From the NCBI GenBank assembly GCA_977016875.1, contig CDRNST010000015.1:2604001-2668000 (forward strand): a stretch of DNA of 64,000 bases, in the 5' to 3' direction. The DNA is from Pavona decussata (Eukaryota). The notes under the pieces are model-generated. The model made no database searches. It worked only from the letters and a program-made list of their open reading frames with translations, and was not told the origin of the DNA. A program made the position numbers and the translations under genes. This document shows positions 1-13,266 of the stretch, one piece after another (the stretch's first letter is position 1; every line of letters begins with the position of its first letter).

Positions 1-259
1 CATCAACTTTAGAAGGGTCATCAGCGAAATCTGAAAGCCCAGGCTCTACTTTATGGGGAGAAGGGCGAAGCTGTATGACTTGAGAGGGTTGCAGCGAGGG
101 TCCACTTGCCAGAAATTGGTAGATCTCCATCCGGGTTCCGCTCGATCCGGCGTCAAACAGTATGGCATACTCAATCTGGGCAGCGTCCTGCTTGACTGCT
201 TGAGTGACATGCGCAAAACAGAGGAGGGCCAAAACTACTTGCTTGAATAACGCTTTCAT
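1..259 (-). CDS. E-NTPDase / apyrase (CD39/GDA1 family), N-terminal coding exon with signal peptide; runs off the left edge of the window
   Basis: Minus-strand translation from ATG 259: MKALFKQVVLALLCFAHVTQAVKQDAAQIEYAILFDAGSSGTRMEIYQF...HKVEPGLSDFADDPSKVD. Contains apyrase conserved region 1 (DAGSSGTR) and the downstream K-x-x-PGLS-x-F motif; hydrophobic signal-like N-terminus; splice acceptor ttttcag with AG at 276-277. Confidence 0.92.
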   Translation of the reverse strand, partial: MKALFKQVVLALLCFAHVTQAVKQDAAQIEYAILFDAGSSGTRMEIYQFLASGPSLQPSQVIQLRPSPHKVEPGLSDFADDPSKVD

Positions 260-2016
260 TTTCGTTCAGTATGATCTGAAAAATTACAGCTTGGTCAAAC
301 AGGTCTTTGCTTGTATCTAACAAAAGAAAGGTTCAGGTTTGTCCCTAAAAAATTTATTTTAACCCAAATCGCCAGTGATCTAGAGAGGCTATCATAATGT
401 TTCAAATCAACGATTGGAATTCCAGTTTAGTTTAAAAATTATGAACTCAGGAAGTTACATAAAAGTTGGATACTGCCTGCCAATATCTTTTTGTAATAAA
501 GAAATGTTTTTGGAGCATGTGTCGCCCACTGCGTAAAACCGTTTGCCTAACCGAAAACCAAAGCCATTAAGGCTCAAAAACTGGAATTCGTCGACGTCAA
601 AACTTTTTTTGATGCTGACTAATAAAATTTGTTTCTCCTGGCATGTGACGGAAGAACCGAAAATATCGAATGTTGTCGCGGGCTACCGACCGGCCATAGG
701 CGGCGAGGACCATCAGTTTCAGACCTCGGCCAAGCGCTACCTTATCCAGACAGCTGTTTCTACCTTAATTACCATTTTAAATGTATAAATAGTTGACAAC
801 TGCGCATATATACTCCGTCGATTGTTTCAGCATCCAAGAAGTGAGTTTGGATTCTTGCATAGAAAAGAAATCAGACGATTTCTGGTAGGAGAAGTTTGTC
901 TAAAGACAGCCAAATAGAGGGTTCGTGACTCTTTGTGAACCAAAATGTTGAGATGGTCTAGCTACAATATAAGTCGTTTTAATCTTTTGTCTTCCAGGCT
1001 ATCATACGGCCAGACCCTGTAGATTATTCTCTATCAGAGCTAATGACCGTTTAATTTGTTTTTGATGTACAAAACGCTCCACAACGATGTTGAAAACGAC
1101 AAGAAGGAGTGACAAAGAACGCCTGCGTAGCAGGCTACAAGAAGGTCTTCCAATATCATTCTTGCGTTTCCACGTCTGCGCCTACACTGCTTAAAACATT
1201 TAGTGCAAATTTTAGCTTCACAAATAAATAACCAAACAGACCTTGGGTGGTTGGGTGAATCATTATTATTGTAAAAAAGGAGAAAATAATAAGAAACAAT
1301 AAAATGACCGAATTTGTGGCATGGAAAAACGCTACGTACGAAAACGTTAAAACTTAAGAATTAATATTCCTTGTTTATCGGCGTCATAGAGTTTTAAGAA
1401 TGAACTGTTATTCACGAGCACTAAACGTAGTAGAAAATACGAACCACTATGAAGCAAAGATCACAAATTTAAAATAATGCTGACTAAGGTTACTGTCCTT
1501 TGATTTGACAGTAGTAGGTAGTTTGAGCCGGTTGCGGCCCTCAGAGCTATAAAGCCAGTTAACAAAGAGACCGACGGCGTACTTGAATGTGACAACTGAA
1601 CTTTTCTTTTATTAGATATGAATCGATTTTTTTTTACGAACCCTCCACACCAACCAAATTTTGAAATTTAAATTCGGACAAAAAACGGTCGAACAAGAGC
1701 CATTCTATACATCCAGTGGTAATTCCAACCTGCTCAGGTTACAGCTTAGTTCAAGGTAAAATATTCGTTTAATTTTTGAACTCAAGAACGAAGCTAGTTT
1801 GAATGCCAACAAAAGATATTAAAATGTCAGCCATTTTTGCATTGGGTCTATCAATAATCGTTTCCATGCCTTTTTCTCATTTGCATCTTTCTACTTTTCT
1901 ACGTTCAACAAAGATTATGATCGTTCATAGTCCCAAAATATTATTTGTTATTTGGGCATGTTTTAAACAAATGATTCCGGTTGACTAGGAAAGAAAGAAG
2001 CGACAACATATCTCAC

Positions 2017-2080
2017 CTTGGAGACACCTTGCTTGTTTGATCTCCAGACGTACTGCTTGCACGGGATAGAAGTCGATATC
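2017..2080 (-). other. Candidate 5'-UTR exon of the NTPDase gene
   Basis: On the minus strand atttctccag|GATATC...CCAAG|gtgaga: strong acceptor and donor upstream of the NTPDase acceptor at 276-277. Confidence 0.45.
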
Positions 2081-2199
2081 CTGGAGAAATATAAAGGAGC
2101 TCAATTAAACTTCAGTGCTACAGGGGTTCTTACTGATGACACCCGGTCCTCGAACGAGTTTACAAGTAAAAAAACATAAATCGACTTTGGATAACGCGG

Positions 2200-2430
2200 G
2201 GACCGAGCATGCCAATTCGACAATGCCAATTTCAGGCGGTCTGATTTGAAGTTAGGAGTGTTGGTTTTTGTGAATAGAGGGAAAACCCAAAACCATGCAA
2301 AAATTCTCAGAGCAAGGACGCGAGCCAGCAACAAACTCATCCAGTTAAGTTATTTTACCAACTCCGAGATCTGAACTCAAGCCAAACTGTTGAAAGGCCC
2401 GCGTCCTCGCCACTAAGTCAGCCCGGCTTC
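2200..2430 (-). mobile_element. Degenerate tRNA-derived SINE
   Basis: ggtttttgtgaatagagggaaaacc...agagcaaggacgcgagccagcaacaaactca...ctcgccacta resembles the reverse strand of a tRNA-head SINE body; recognised by pattern only. Confidence 0.5.
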
Positions 2431-4621
2431 CCTACCCCCCTTTCCCTTTGAAGAAGATTGACCACGAAAATATTACCTGCTCAAACTTCGGTAGACACAG
2501 TTATCCAGTTCTTTGCACCTCAATACAAAGGTAAATTAATGCCACGTATAAAAAGGCAATCCCTCTTTGTTCTATAAACAATGAAAAACAGAGGACTAAT
2601 GGAACATTTTAACATACATTTTCATATCGTTAAATGTTCTTCACACGTGCTCACTCCGAATCCAACAGGATAAATTCATTTATCTTGAACGCATGATTTT
2701 CCCTATAGCCTAACCCATCATGCCAAGTAAAGTCAAATAAGAGAGGTGAAGAAAGTAAGAGAATATATTTTTGATATGGCCATGGTTTATGAGATTAACA
2801 AAGCTATGGTGAGCAAAATATTTTCATGGCCTGCCAGACAAATATGACATATTACAACGCATAAGTTAAGAAAAGCTTCAATTATCCTTCCCAGTGTCAA
2901 TGAATAATGTGGACTAGCGTCATCTACCAAAAATACAATGCCATGCACTAACGCTCCATATTCCCTTCTTGTGAAGTCCCAGTTTGATCCTTGTTCGTAA
3001 TTAAAAACTGGAGTGAATGATCCAGGATGACCGCAGATGTAAATAATTCTCTACTTCAAATAATTTTGGCGAGACGTTCAACATATATGTTCAACATATA
3101 TTTTTCGTCTACATGAAAAATCATGTCAAAGAAAACGAATGAAAATAGACACATCAGTGTCAACCCCATTTTTTGAGGATGATTGTTTGAGGTTTAATTT
3201 GGAGGATAACGTGTACCCTTAAAAATATGCTGGATCAAAACGGGCCAATCAAAACATTGCACAGTTTCCTGAGAGGTTTAAGGAAATGCCGCGAAACAAT
3301 TTTCATTCAAGCTACTTATATCTAGGGAAATAGGAGCGTTGAAGAACCACAGGCTACCTCACATGCTTAGGACAAAGGAAAACGACGTATTCGAGTTATC
3401 GCAATAAGGCGTTTTGTTCTTTTCTCATACGCTAAGCGACCGTATGAGGAGAAGAAGATTAACCATGCTCTCATGAAAGGGGGAGCGTACAACCAGCAGT
3501 CATTTCGATCAATTACACTCCGGCTTTCTAGGTTGAATCGTAACAGCGCTTACCCTTTACTGGAGAAGTCGCTCTTTCTGTTACCTTGCTGTACCTTACG
3601 AACTTTCACTAGCTCCTAGTCTCGACGTATCTTTATGCAGTTTGCATAAATCAGATGGTTTTAGTACCATAAGTTACATTGAATTGACATTCAATTTACA
3701 CATATGCATTTTAATTGTTTAGTCGTCTTTAAAAACAGTCATTTTTAAAAGTGGAAATAATATAATAAGGATGAGTCTTTCGGCCAAAAGATATTAACGA
3801 CACTGGAATTGACATTTTAAAAAAGAATTGAGTAGTGAAATTCTAGAGCAGGCGGTTAAAAAAACACAGACATGAGACAGCGACGTGATTAATAAACGAA
3901 GCTTTCTACGAGCTTTAAGATCAACAATGTGTCTACAGTTTCGCATACTAAAGTAATGATACCAAAGAGCCAAAGTACTATTCTGACACTGTGTCAATCA
4001 ATTCAGTAACACATGGTTGTTATGAGGGAGGACAAGATATCCCATGAACAAAGTCTACTACGACACAGGGTTCAACAGTTTGCATTTTTGTAAGGTTATT
4101 TGTGATTAAGAAATAGCTTATAAATACGAAATGACCACTTTAATAATAACAAAAATACCATGCTGATATTTCCTCATATTTAGTCCCTAATCCTTGCTAC
4201 TATATCATAGATGGAACCTCCAACCATTAACGTTAGCCTTTTGCTGTAGTAAGGAAACATTTTAGTAACTGTCCACTTCGTTCTTGATATTTGCAAAGAT
4301 AAGTGTCGTACAGTAGAACATATAACGCGACTGTTGAAAAAAGGGCACTAAGCTGTGTTCTAAACGTCCGCGAGTTCTCACGCGCAAGGAACCTCCCTCC
4401 CCCCCGGCCCCCCCTCCCCAGCTAAGAAACAAAAAACGTTTTTCAAGCTCAGGGAGTGTATATTTGGCTAGACGGCTGGTTTAGGAACTTGAAGAACTAC
4501 ATATTTACAGAGGTAAAATACTGAATTGTTTGTCGTTTGTTACTTGTTCGCCTTCGTTGGGCGTGGGAAGATAGTCAGGTTACCAGATCCCACCCGGTTT
4601 TGATCACGCCTTAGTTTGTCA

Positions 4622-4916
4622 AGCCGCCGTTACACGTTGAAACTTTTAGCTGAAACTTGTGTGAAACGGCGAACGAGACCAGTTTCACGAAGTGGTGTTA
4701 CACGGTGAAACTCTTGTTTTTTCACCACTGCTACCGTTGCGAGCCGTTGCAGAAGTAGAAAGCGGTTCTACTTTTCGTGAAACTTGTCTCGCAACGGAAG
4801 TTCGAAAAAGTTTCACGAAACCGACCATGTTACACGGTGCAACGCCTGCTGAAACTTGTTTCGCAGCGCCGTTGCACACAAGTTTCAGCTAAAAGTTTCA
4901 ACGTGTAACGGCGGCT
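4622..4916. mobile_element. PIF/Harbinger-type MITE
   Basis: Long TIR agccgccgttacacgttgaaacttttagctgaaacttgtgtg / cacacaagtttcagctaaaagtttcaacgtgtaacggcggct; 3-bp TSD TCA at 4619-4621 and 4917-4919. Confidence 0.85.
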
Positions 4917-6066
4917 TCAGAGTCACGCAGTTACAAGGATTTCAACTTTTTCCGTTTAAAAAGAGTTACTGGCACTGCAGATCAGATCACTGTGGTAAGT
5001 CCTCCTTAGCAAGTTTTTCCCAATTCAGGGCTAGAAAATTAAACTGCTAGTTTATATTAAATTTCATAAATATTTATACTGCGACGCGACAATCACATAG
5101 CTGATCTCTGCTGTTAACTTTGACCTCTTCTAAGTGAATTTATACAATCTTTACTTGATAATTCTAAAGTAATTGCCTTTCCTGTCTTAAAAACTCAATC
5201 AATACATGAAGTAAAGCTTAGAAATACTTTGGCTGTTGTATTTTTGAAAGTAGCCGAAGCAGAATAATGTAAACAGTTTCCTATTACGCAATTAGCCGCA
5301 AAATGTGCCTAATCCTGACTTCTACATGTGTAAGAAAACATGAGTTGACAAAATCATGCAAAATGTTATCCTACTGAGTTCAACGGAGAATAAGCTACTA
5401 TTAGTAATATCTGTACAGCTTATAGAAAACATATTCTTTGTTGCAAGTGATAATTTAACAAAGGACTTGATTTGTAGCGTGACGGCCGTTGTTCGTTTCA
5501 CAGGCTCTCCTCGTGTCAAAGTACCCTTCACATTTTGGTCTCTCGACGGGATACTTTTGCATTGCCGCCAAAAATATTTTAACACAGTAAACTACAAAGG
5601 TTGTGCTTCACCACTGTCCCATTTTTAAATTCAAACTTGACGTACCAATTGGGTTTCTTTTGTGTTGAAATTGGATGAAATTTGCTAATTTTTTAAACTG
5701 CCGAAATGGGGTTTCTTCTAACGACCGAAGCATTTCCAATTTTCAAGCTTATCTAAATTTAACTAGTGCATTATGAAGAAGAGGGATTTGTTTATATTTT
5801 GTAAACATTTCATTAATGGAGGACATCGCGTTTCTTTCTACGAGCGAGATGAAAATGGGTAATTTTCAGTAAGTTTCGAGACTGAAAGGATACTAATTTG
5901 CCGTATTTCAAACTTTGCCCGATTTCGAAAAAAATAACACGCTGACGAAACTTTTAACAAAATTGAAAATACTCCACTATAGAGATTATATGGGCAAAAT
6001 ATGAAGGAATTTCAAATTTCACGACTGACGCCAAATTTTTTGACAATTTCAGAAATCGGCTTTTAA

Positions 6067-9000
6067 GAGTTATTGTCTGAGAAAACCAGGCAGGTGGTCA
6101 AAGATCGGGGTCGGCCAAATCATTCCATACTAACATCATAGATAGGTTAGGTGGACTTATGGATAAATATACTAAAGTTTGCTCTTCAACTGTTTTGGTA
6201 TAGGAGATATGAGATCCACTCTCCATCACCCCCTCAGGTCCTAGTTTTTCTGGTAAATTTGACCCAAATTTGACAGCCAGCAAAAACTGTACAATCTAGC
6301 GAACGAAGTTCATGTTTTGTACCTGATATGAATGGGCATTGAACTTCTTGTAAAAAGCCAGAGATATGCGAAATAAGAAAAAGCCACTTTACAACATTTA
6401 GTTTTGGAATACCTATATTTCGTATCTGCAAATGAGCAAGAAATTAGCCATTTTCGACTTCACGCAGAACACACAACTAAAACTTCAGCAAAAACTGGAT
6501 GCCAAAACCAAACACTCTTACCTTCCATCTATCAAAATCATCAATAATCTTTTTGGGCCATTCAAACAGCAAGATGCTACATCACCTCCATTTCTCTTAC
6601 TACTCGATGTCATGTACAGCACGACACGACGCAATCAATGTGCTGTTTAAGCCGCTCCTGGATTTCGCATTGGGTTTGTCCTAAGTTAAAAATATTCAGT
6701 TGATCAAATTAGTTCCACAAAAAATTCAAATCCCCTCTCTTGCGAATTTAACGGAAAGAAAATTAAGAAAACGCGAAAATAAACAAAACGACGCCATGTT
6801 GAATTTGTTCACTCGGGATAGACTGGGAACTAGTTGATTGGTTGTAAGGGAGACAGGGGCTAGCCAAGGCTGGCCATGGATGATTGTTCCACGCTGTTTT
6901 TCATAAGTAAGATTTTTGATTTAAGGAAGGCTGGTTTAGGCTCATGCCGTAAGTGGCAAGGAATAACAAGCTATTGGGAAATGAAGATACCAACGAGAGT
7001 TACAACCATTTTCCTTGCTTATTAAATGGCCTACAGGTTGTTATGCTTGCTGGGCAGGGAATATCGTTTTGAAATTTAATTTGCATTTTGTGGGCTTTAA
7101 TTAGGTGAAGTTTCTGGGTCAAGCTGTCTTGTACTGTCAAAGACGGGATTACAACAAATCAAGTAAGAGCCAAAAACACAAGAGTAATTTAGAGAAACAA
7201 TACCGTAGCCCAGTTGGAAGTCTTGTTTGTAGATTCACTTGCAGAAACTCTATTTTGTTTCAATACAAAGAGGAAAAAATCCGAAAAAATAACGTCATAT
7301 TCTTTTATATCGTAAGAGACTATACACGTACGAAAGTATTTTATGAAAATTTTGTTCTTACCATATTTACATTTATTACGTGACATATGGTCTCCGCTTC
7401 AGTCTTTTGCGACAGTAGTTACATTGCACTGAGAAACGTAATGTACAACGCAAAATGAGCTGCTTATTTTCAACTGTTGCCAGTATATGCGGTCCCACAC
7501 CATACGCGCCAAATGAGCTTTATGTTATTCCTCTAAAATCATGCAGAAAGGATTTAACAGATTATCTAACTAATCTGGGTGTCAGTCGATCGAAGTCGAG
7601 GCTTATGGACACGATTAACGAGGCTGATGTTATTCTCAATCGCGCCGTATTGCATTCTCTATCAGAGGAAGACAGCGAAATGTCCAAAGCACAAATACGA
7701 ATTAACAACACATTACCAGAAGTTAAAATCCAGTTGTTCTCACCCATCTCACAGAGGTGAAGCGAAAAAATTAAAAAATCCTCGTCGGGTAAACAAACAG
7801 GTGTCGGAAGAAATATACCAGGAGTTTCAAGTTTCAGTTCCAATAGGATCCGGTATGTACAATAAGCCAATATTTAAATTATTTTCTCGTAATTCACCTT
7901 TTTTTGGTAATTAATTTACTCTTTATATGTTACCTTAAGATATTTTCACCTTACGTGTAGTTTCTTATCAGTTCGGAAATCTCTGCTAATTTATCAAATG
8001 CGTTGTTTTGTTACAATGTAACAAACATCTCATTCAATTGAAATCAACATTTCAAATATTGTTTCAGCCCTGTGTATTATAAACACTTGTCGAAAAGGCC
8101 ATTCAAGCAGATTTAAAGTGGAGGATGCTACCTCAAAATTTGAGGACAAGCTTAAGGTGAATGTTTTGAATTGATAGTAAGATTACTGTTCCCTTGGACC
8201 GATATATAACTTCTTTATTTATTCGACCCGGAGACAATTTTGTGATGATCCCAGTAGAGTTTAAGAGTTAGGCGTTGCAGATTCTACGTTAACTTGATGT
8301 TATTTGTTTATTCTCTGATAAGCGTTCTTGACGGTCCGGCAGCTCCTCCTTCCCGTCTCGTATCATATTTATCAAGGTATCAAAGCGGAGATAATGCAGC
8401 CAAAACTAATTTTTTGTTAATTTGTTGTGTAAGTTTTCAACAGCAGCTTTAATAACCAAAAAGCGCATACTCCTAAGGGCCTTCTGGTGTACATGACAAG
8501 CCGGAATGATAAGTCCAACGCTTTTATTAAAAGCAAATGGCGTATTCAGTGAGGGCTCTTAGGTAAATATTTCGCTTCACGACATGTGTTCATTGACAGA
8601 CCGACGGAACTAGCAAAGTTCAAAATAAGTAAACAAAAGATCGGAAGCAAAAACAAACATACCTTGTAAAAGGCAGTTATCTATAGGAAAAAGGAAATTC
8701 CAACCCAAAGGGGATCTGCAAGGAAAATTCTTTTTTCTAAATATCAAGCGCAGATTTTCCGTCAGTTATCTTTAGTTTTACGCAGTTTATTTTAAAGGTA
8801 AAACAATTCCATGACACTGTTTCTACTTATTTCACACATCCAATCTGATTGCCTTGCGGTAAAGGTAGAGATCATATTTCAGCTTTCCTCAGTGATTCAG
8901 AGGGGAGCGTGTCGAGTAGAGAGATTAACCTAGGAGGGTCAATTTATTGAGTAATAACTGTGATCAGTTTGCTTATACATTGTACAGAGATTTGTGTTAC

Positions 9001-10180
9001 TAGTGTTATGTAGTACAAGTGTCAAATAACGGTACTTCTTTCGAAGTTACTAAACGGAAACTTTCTTATAAAGGCATTGCAATTTTTGTTATTAAATTCA
9101 ACAATTCCAGTTGTTCATGCTTTAGCGTGCTTTATCGAGTTGTGAAGAACGCGGGAGTTGGATATGTCTGATTTTTTGACGGTGGAAATGTACATCAAAA
9201 GCCGCGCGCTCAAAAAAAATCCAATCAAGTTATTTTTTCACGCTATTGCGCGGTTCTGCTGGTTCTATTTAGAGCATGATTCGTTCATGTCATTATTTGT
9301 TCAGATCTTGAGCTGTTTATCGCGACAAACAGACGTTTCTAGCAACAATGCGCCGGCGATAGGTCCTTCCCTCTCCCCTCCCTACCTAAAGTAAAAATAA
9401 GTAGGTCCCAGTCCCTTGAGAGCAATCCAACTCAAGATGGCGTCGTTCTGTTTAGTTCGTATAATTTCTTTTAAAATTTTCCTTCTGTTAAATTTGCCAG
9501 AGAGGGGTTCTGATTTTTTTGGGACCACTTTAGTCAACCGGCATATATTTAACCGCGGAGAAATCCAATGTGGAATCCAAGAGCGGCTTAATTGGCACAT
9601 TGCTTGCGTCGTGTCGTGCTGTACATGACATCGAGTAGTAGGAGTAATGGAGGTGGTGAAGCATCTTGCTGTTTGAATGGCCCAAAAAGATTATTGATGA
9701 TTGTGATAGAGGGAAGGTAAGAGTGTTTGGTTTTAGCATCCGATTGTTGCTGAAGATTTAGTTGCGTGTTCTGCGTGAGTTCGAAAATGGCTAATTTCTT
9801 GCTCATTCGCAGATGCGAAATATAGGTATTCCAAAACTAAATGTTGTAGAGTGACTTTTGCTTATTTCGCATATCTCTGGCTTTTTACAAGAAGTTCTAT
9901 GACCATTTATATCAGGTACAAAACATGAACTTTGTTCGCTAGATTGTACAGTTTTTGCTGGCTGTCAAATTTGGGTCAAATTTACCAGAAAAACTAGGAC
10001 CTGAGGGGGTGATGGAGAGTGGATCTCATTTCTCCTATACCAAAACACTTGAAGAGTAAACTTTAGTAAATTTATCCATAAGTCCACCTAACCTATCTAT
10101 GATGTTAGTATGGAATAATTTGGCCGACCCCCATCTTTCAGCTTTTTCAGATTTTGCCCGGTTTTCTCAGACATTGACTC
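6067..10180 (+). mobile_element. Sola3-like DNA transposon, internally deleted, non-autonomous
   Basis: GAG...CTC termini; TTAA TSD (6063-6066, 10181-10184); ~770-bp TIRs (about 6067-6835 vs 9405-10180). This combination is the described Sola3 hallmark. Internal frameshifted Cys/His-rich ORF remnant. Confidence 0.8.
7455..8156 (+). pseudogene. Frameshifted, intron-containing N-terminal remnant of the transposon protein
   Basis: MSCLFS...EADVILNRA [frameshift] CPKHKYEL...CSHPSH...VPIGS|gt 7853..8067 ag|ALCIINTCRKGH...KLK|gt. Splicing restores a Cys/His cluster. No catalytic DDE region found. Confidence 0.6.
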
Positions 10181-10352
10181 TTAACAGCCATTTGGAGGAC
10201 GGTCGTCTGCCTTAAGGCAGTAAAACCAAGAAGTATGCTGACCAAAACAACGACTATTTGCCTCCTCATGTTCTTCAAGACCGAAGTACAATAAATTTAA
10301 CTAAAACCCAAGCTTAACTTCGCTGCTAGTACCACTGAAGGAACCGGTCCAG

Positions 10353-10480
10353 GGGTGAGTTGCATAAAATTCAACGTCGGGCGTAACTGCTAACGCGAGA
10401 CCTTCATCCCAGTCACATTCAATATTTTAACGTCTGACGATAGCATTTACGCCCGCCGTTAAGTTTTATGCAACTCGTCC
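10353..10480. mobile_element. Small MITE with CAG TSD, nested in a Harbinger-like MITE (about 10340-10677)
   Basis: TIR gggtgagttgcataaaa / ttttatgcaactcgtcc, flanked by cag on both sides; the host element ends ...ggaaccggtcccgtgtgaacatagcct. Confidence 0.65.
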
Positions 10481-11967
10481 CAGGTGTTTACTCGGTGACA
10501 GATCCATTTGGGACCGAAACGGTTCCAAAACTGGACTTGTTTTTTTTGGAGGTCCTGTTATCGGACCTGGAGAACGGATTCACCGTACGGTGGGCAGGTC
10601 CCGTGTGAACAAAAGGCCTATCCGTCACGATATTTAGATCGAAACCATTTGGAACCGGTCCCGTGTGAACATAGCCTAAGCAGCCTAAGCCTATGCCAAT
10701 GTACTTGCCCAGACTTGTCCCCTGTTAATCAATTGTTTGGATTGCTCAAGAATCTGTAATGTTTTCAAAATAAAGGGCACTTTCTGTAGACCGCGTCATT
10801 TCACTATACGTAGCGCTTTTGCGTTATTTTCCTTTTATTATTAAGCGACAGATGGTAACGCAAATTTCCCACATTTTAAATGAGGTCAATTACCTCGAAA
10901 TCTAGTCAGATACTTTAAATCAAAGGTTTTAGGACTTGAACTACTCAACCTAGAAAACGTGTGGACAAAATTTGTCTTTTCTGTTAGTTAGTTATTAATG
11001 ATAATTAAGTAGCTGATGGAAAAACCGTGTATAAACAAAGTTATCCAATCCTATCCTATACGCTGTTTCTTTTGCTTTATGAGGTGAGTCTAACTTTTGT
11101 CTCCTGGAATGAAAACCCACACCCATCTTTGACCATTCAAATATGAAAGAAGAACTAAATTACCTTCCTGTGGTTCTGCATGTTTATTTATCAATCTTTG
11201 GCCTTTTAAACTAAGGCACACTGGGAATTAACAAGGTTGTGTTATTTACAGTAGCTACTATAGCTAATTGTTAAGTCGCCTTGTACTATCATTACTCCAG
11301 AAGAAACCAAAAGAAGCGTATATTTTGACTCTGACTTGTATCAATCATATTTAGCATGGGAGGGGGAGAGATGGAAGAGCCCACATTGCTTTCAAACGTT
11401 TAAAAGTTTTGTTAAATTTACAAACAAACTTTTCCTAAAATTTAGCTGGTACCAAATTGAGATTGTTCAGAGAATTTGTTGTTGTCAGGACAACAAAATC
11501 GCATAAGACTGTTTTTATGGAATTTGACTGCTACTTTTAAGTTCAATTAATGTGTTTTTTAATGTAATTTTAACGTGTTTTTTGATACTATCTACCTTTT
11601 TTCCACTCATTACTTGTATATATATATAAGTACAAACGCTGAATTTAATTGCTTTTGCCTTAATTTTGATGGTTCTCTGAGGTTATGGGAAAGTCGCGAA
11701 TCCAAAATGGCGTCTGTTCGGAATTTCCAAGCATGTGACGTCATCGCCTCATTGTGTAGACCTTAAAAGGTTTCAATGTTATAGCATTGATGTTCTTGAA
11801 GTTAAGGGACTGGGTACACCGCCGCTCTCTCCCCCTACCAAGGTTCAGCAGCTCAAGCTAAAAATGAAGCAGTGAAAACACAAACCAACTGAGAAAAATA
11901 AACTACTTCCTCAGTATCTACCTCATATGTATGACAAAGATCTTAAATAGAAAAGAACTTAAATACT

Positions 11968-12254
11968 TAACAACTATTCTACGAGCGCGCGTTGGGTATG
12001 AGATGATAAATAGCCAAACGAGGTGCGTAGCGCCAAGTTGGCCATAATCATCTCATATTCAACAAGCGCGGGTGGAATAATTGTTTCATTAAAAACAATC
12101 AAGAAATTTTGCTATACTTTGCTGGTTTCGCTTTTAAGAACAACCAGAAGACAATTTAATGGTCTCGGGCATGGTATAATGACCCATATATCTTGGCCTC
12201 TAAGCCAATCAAATCCCTGGAATTACATTATACAATAATCCAGTTTTTAATAAT
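11968..12254 (+). mobile_element. Hairpin-headed non-autonomous repeat (family A)
   Basis: ~115-bp 5' hairpin (11970-12086) capped by GA-GGTGC-GTA-GCGCC; AGCCAATCA at 12203; 3' end is an imperfect inverted copy of the sequence just after the hairpin. Confidence 0.7.
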
Positions 12255-13266
12255 ATGGTTTAACCTTAGACTCTTAAGTTCACAGGTTAAGATGACATGT
12301 ATTAATGGTCGTCAAGGTTGTTTCATTCACTGTAAGCTCCCTTCCTAACAGACACGATACGACCAATATTTGGCATCCGTTACCAATTTCATGAAAGGAA
12401 AATACAAGTCCCGCTTTAATCAAGATTTTAATCCTGTATGCCCCGTAATAACTGGGTATTCGTGTTAGCAAGGTGTTCGCAGTCGAAAGTTATTTGTAGG
12501 AAGAGAGATTACTATACTATCATAGACTTAATATTTACAAGATCGGCTATTTTGATGGCCATCAAAAAACAATGATAGAATTCAACCAAATGTTGACCAA
12601 GTGGAGGCATTTCCCATATGGCAGACAAACAGGACTGCAGTCACGTTTACAAAGTTTGAAAAAGGGGCATAATAAGAATGCTTTGATCAATCACGAAACA
12701 AACCGTTAGCAAGCATGAAAAACTGAATTATTCAAAACTAAATACTGTATGAAAATTCAGTGCATGAAATCGTAGCAGCTGAATTTACCAAGAACTAATT
12801 TTCCAATTAAGCAAAATTTAACAGCTGATAGGTAAGTACTGATAACGTATATATTAAAAATATATTCTAAATTTTCCTATCAGGAAAAGAAAACGCTAGA
12901 TTTCAAATTAATGTCCAGGTTATATAAAACACGCTAAAAATCTAAGAGTGATAAAAAAGTCTGTCTCTCGGCGTTAAACAGGCTCTTTGCGAAATACCGC
13001 AACTTATCAGATCTTTGATTAGAAGAAATCAAAGCTTCTGTAACTTTGCTTTCCAGTAGAACCGGTCGGGCTTAATGCTTAAATAACTTTTCCAGTAAGC
13101 AAGAGGCTTGGGTATCTCTCACTCAGACTGCGCACCAGCCAGCAAATTACAAGTGTTGTCACTTCATCTTGGTGAGCAAAAACTTCATAGGGGTTGGATC
13201 CCGACCTCAGTAAAGTATACTCTACTCTAGAGTAATGCAATCCTCTCAAGTTTGTTCCAACAGTCC

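Noticed and set aside
53-250. Plus-strand 65-aa ORF
   Set aside because: Antisense shadow of the NTPDase exon.
6432-9806. Near-identical small ORFs MSKKLAIF… at 6432 (+) and 9588 (-), suggesting a duplicated peptide gene
   Set aside because: Both lie inside the two TIRs of the Sola3-like element and have no recognisable domain.
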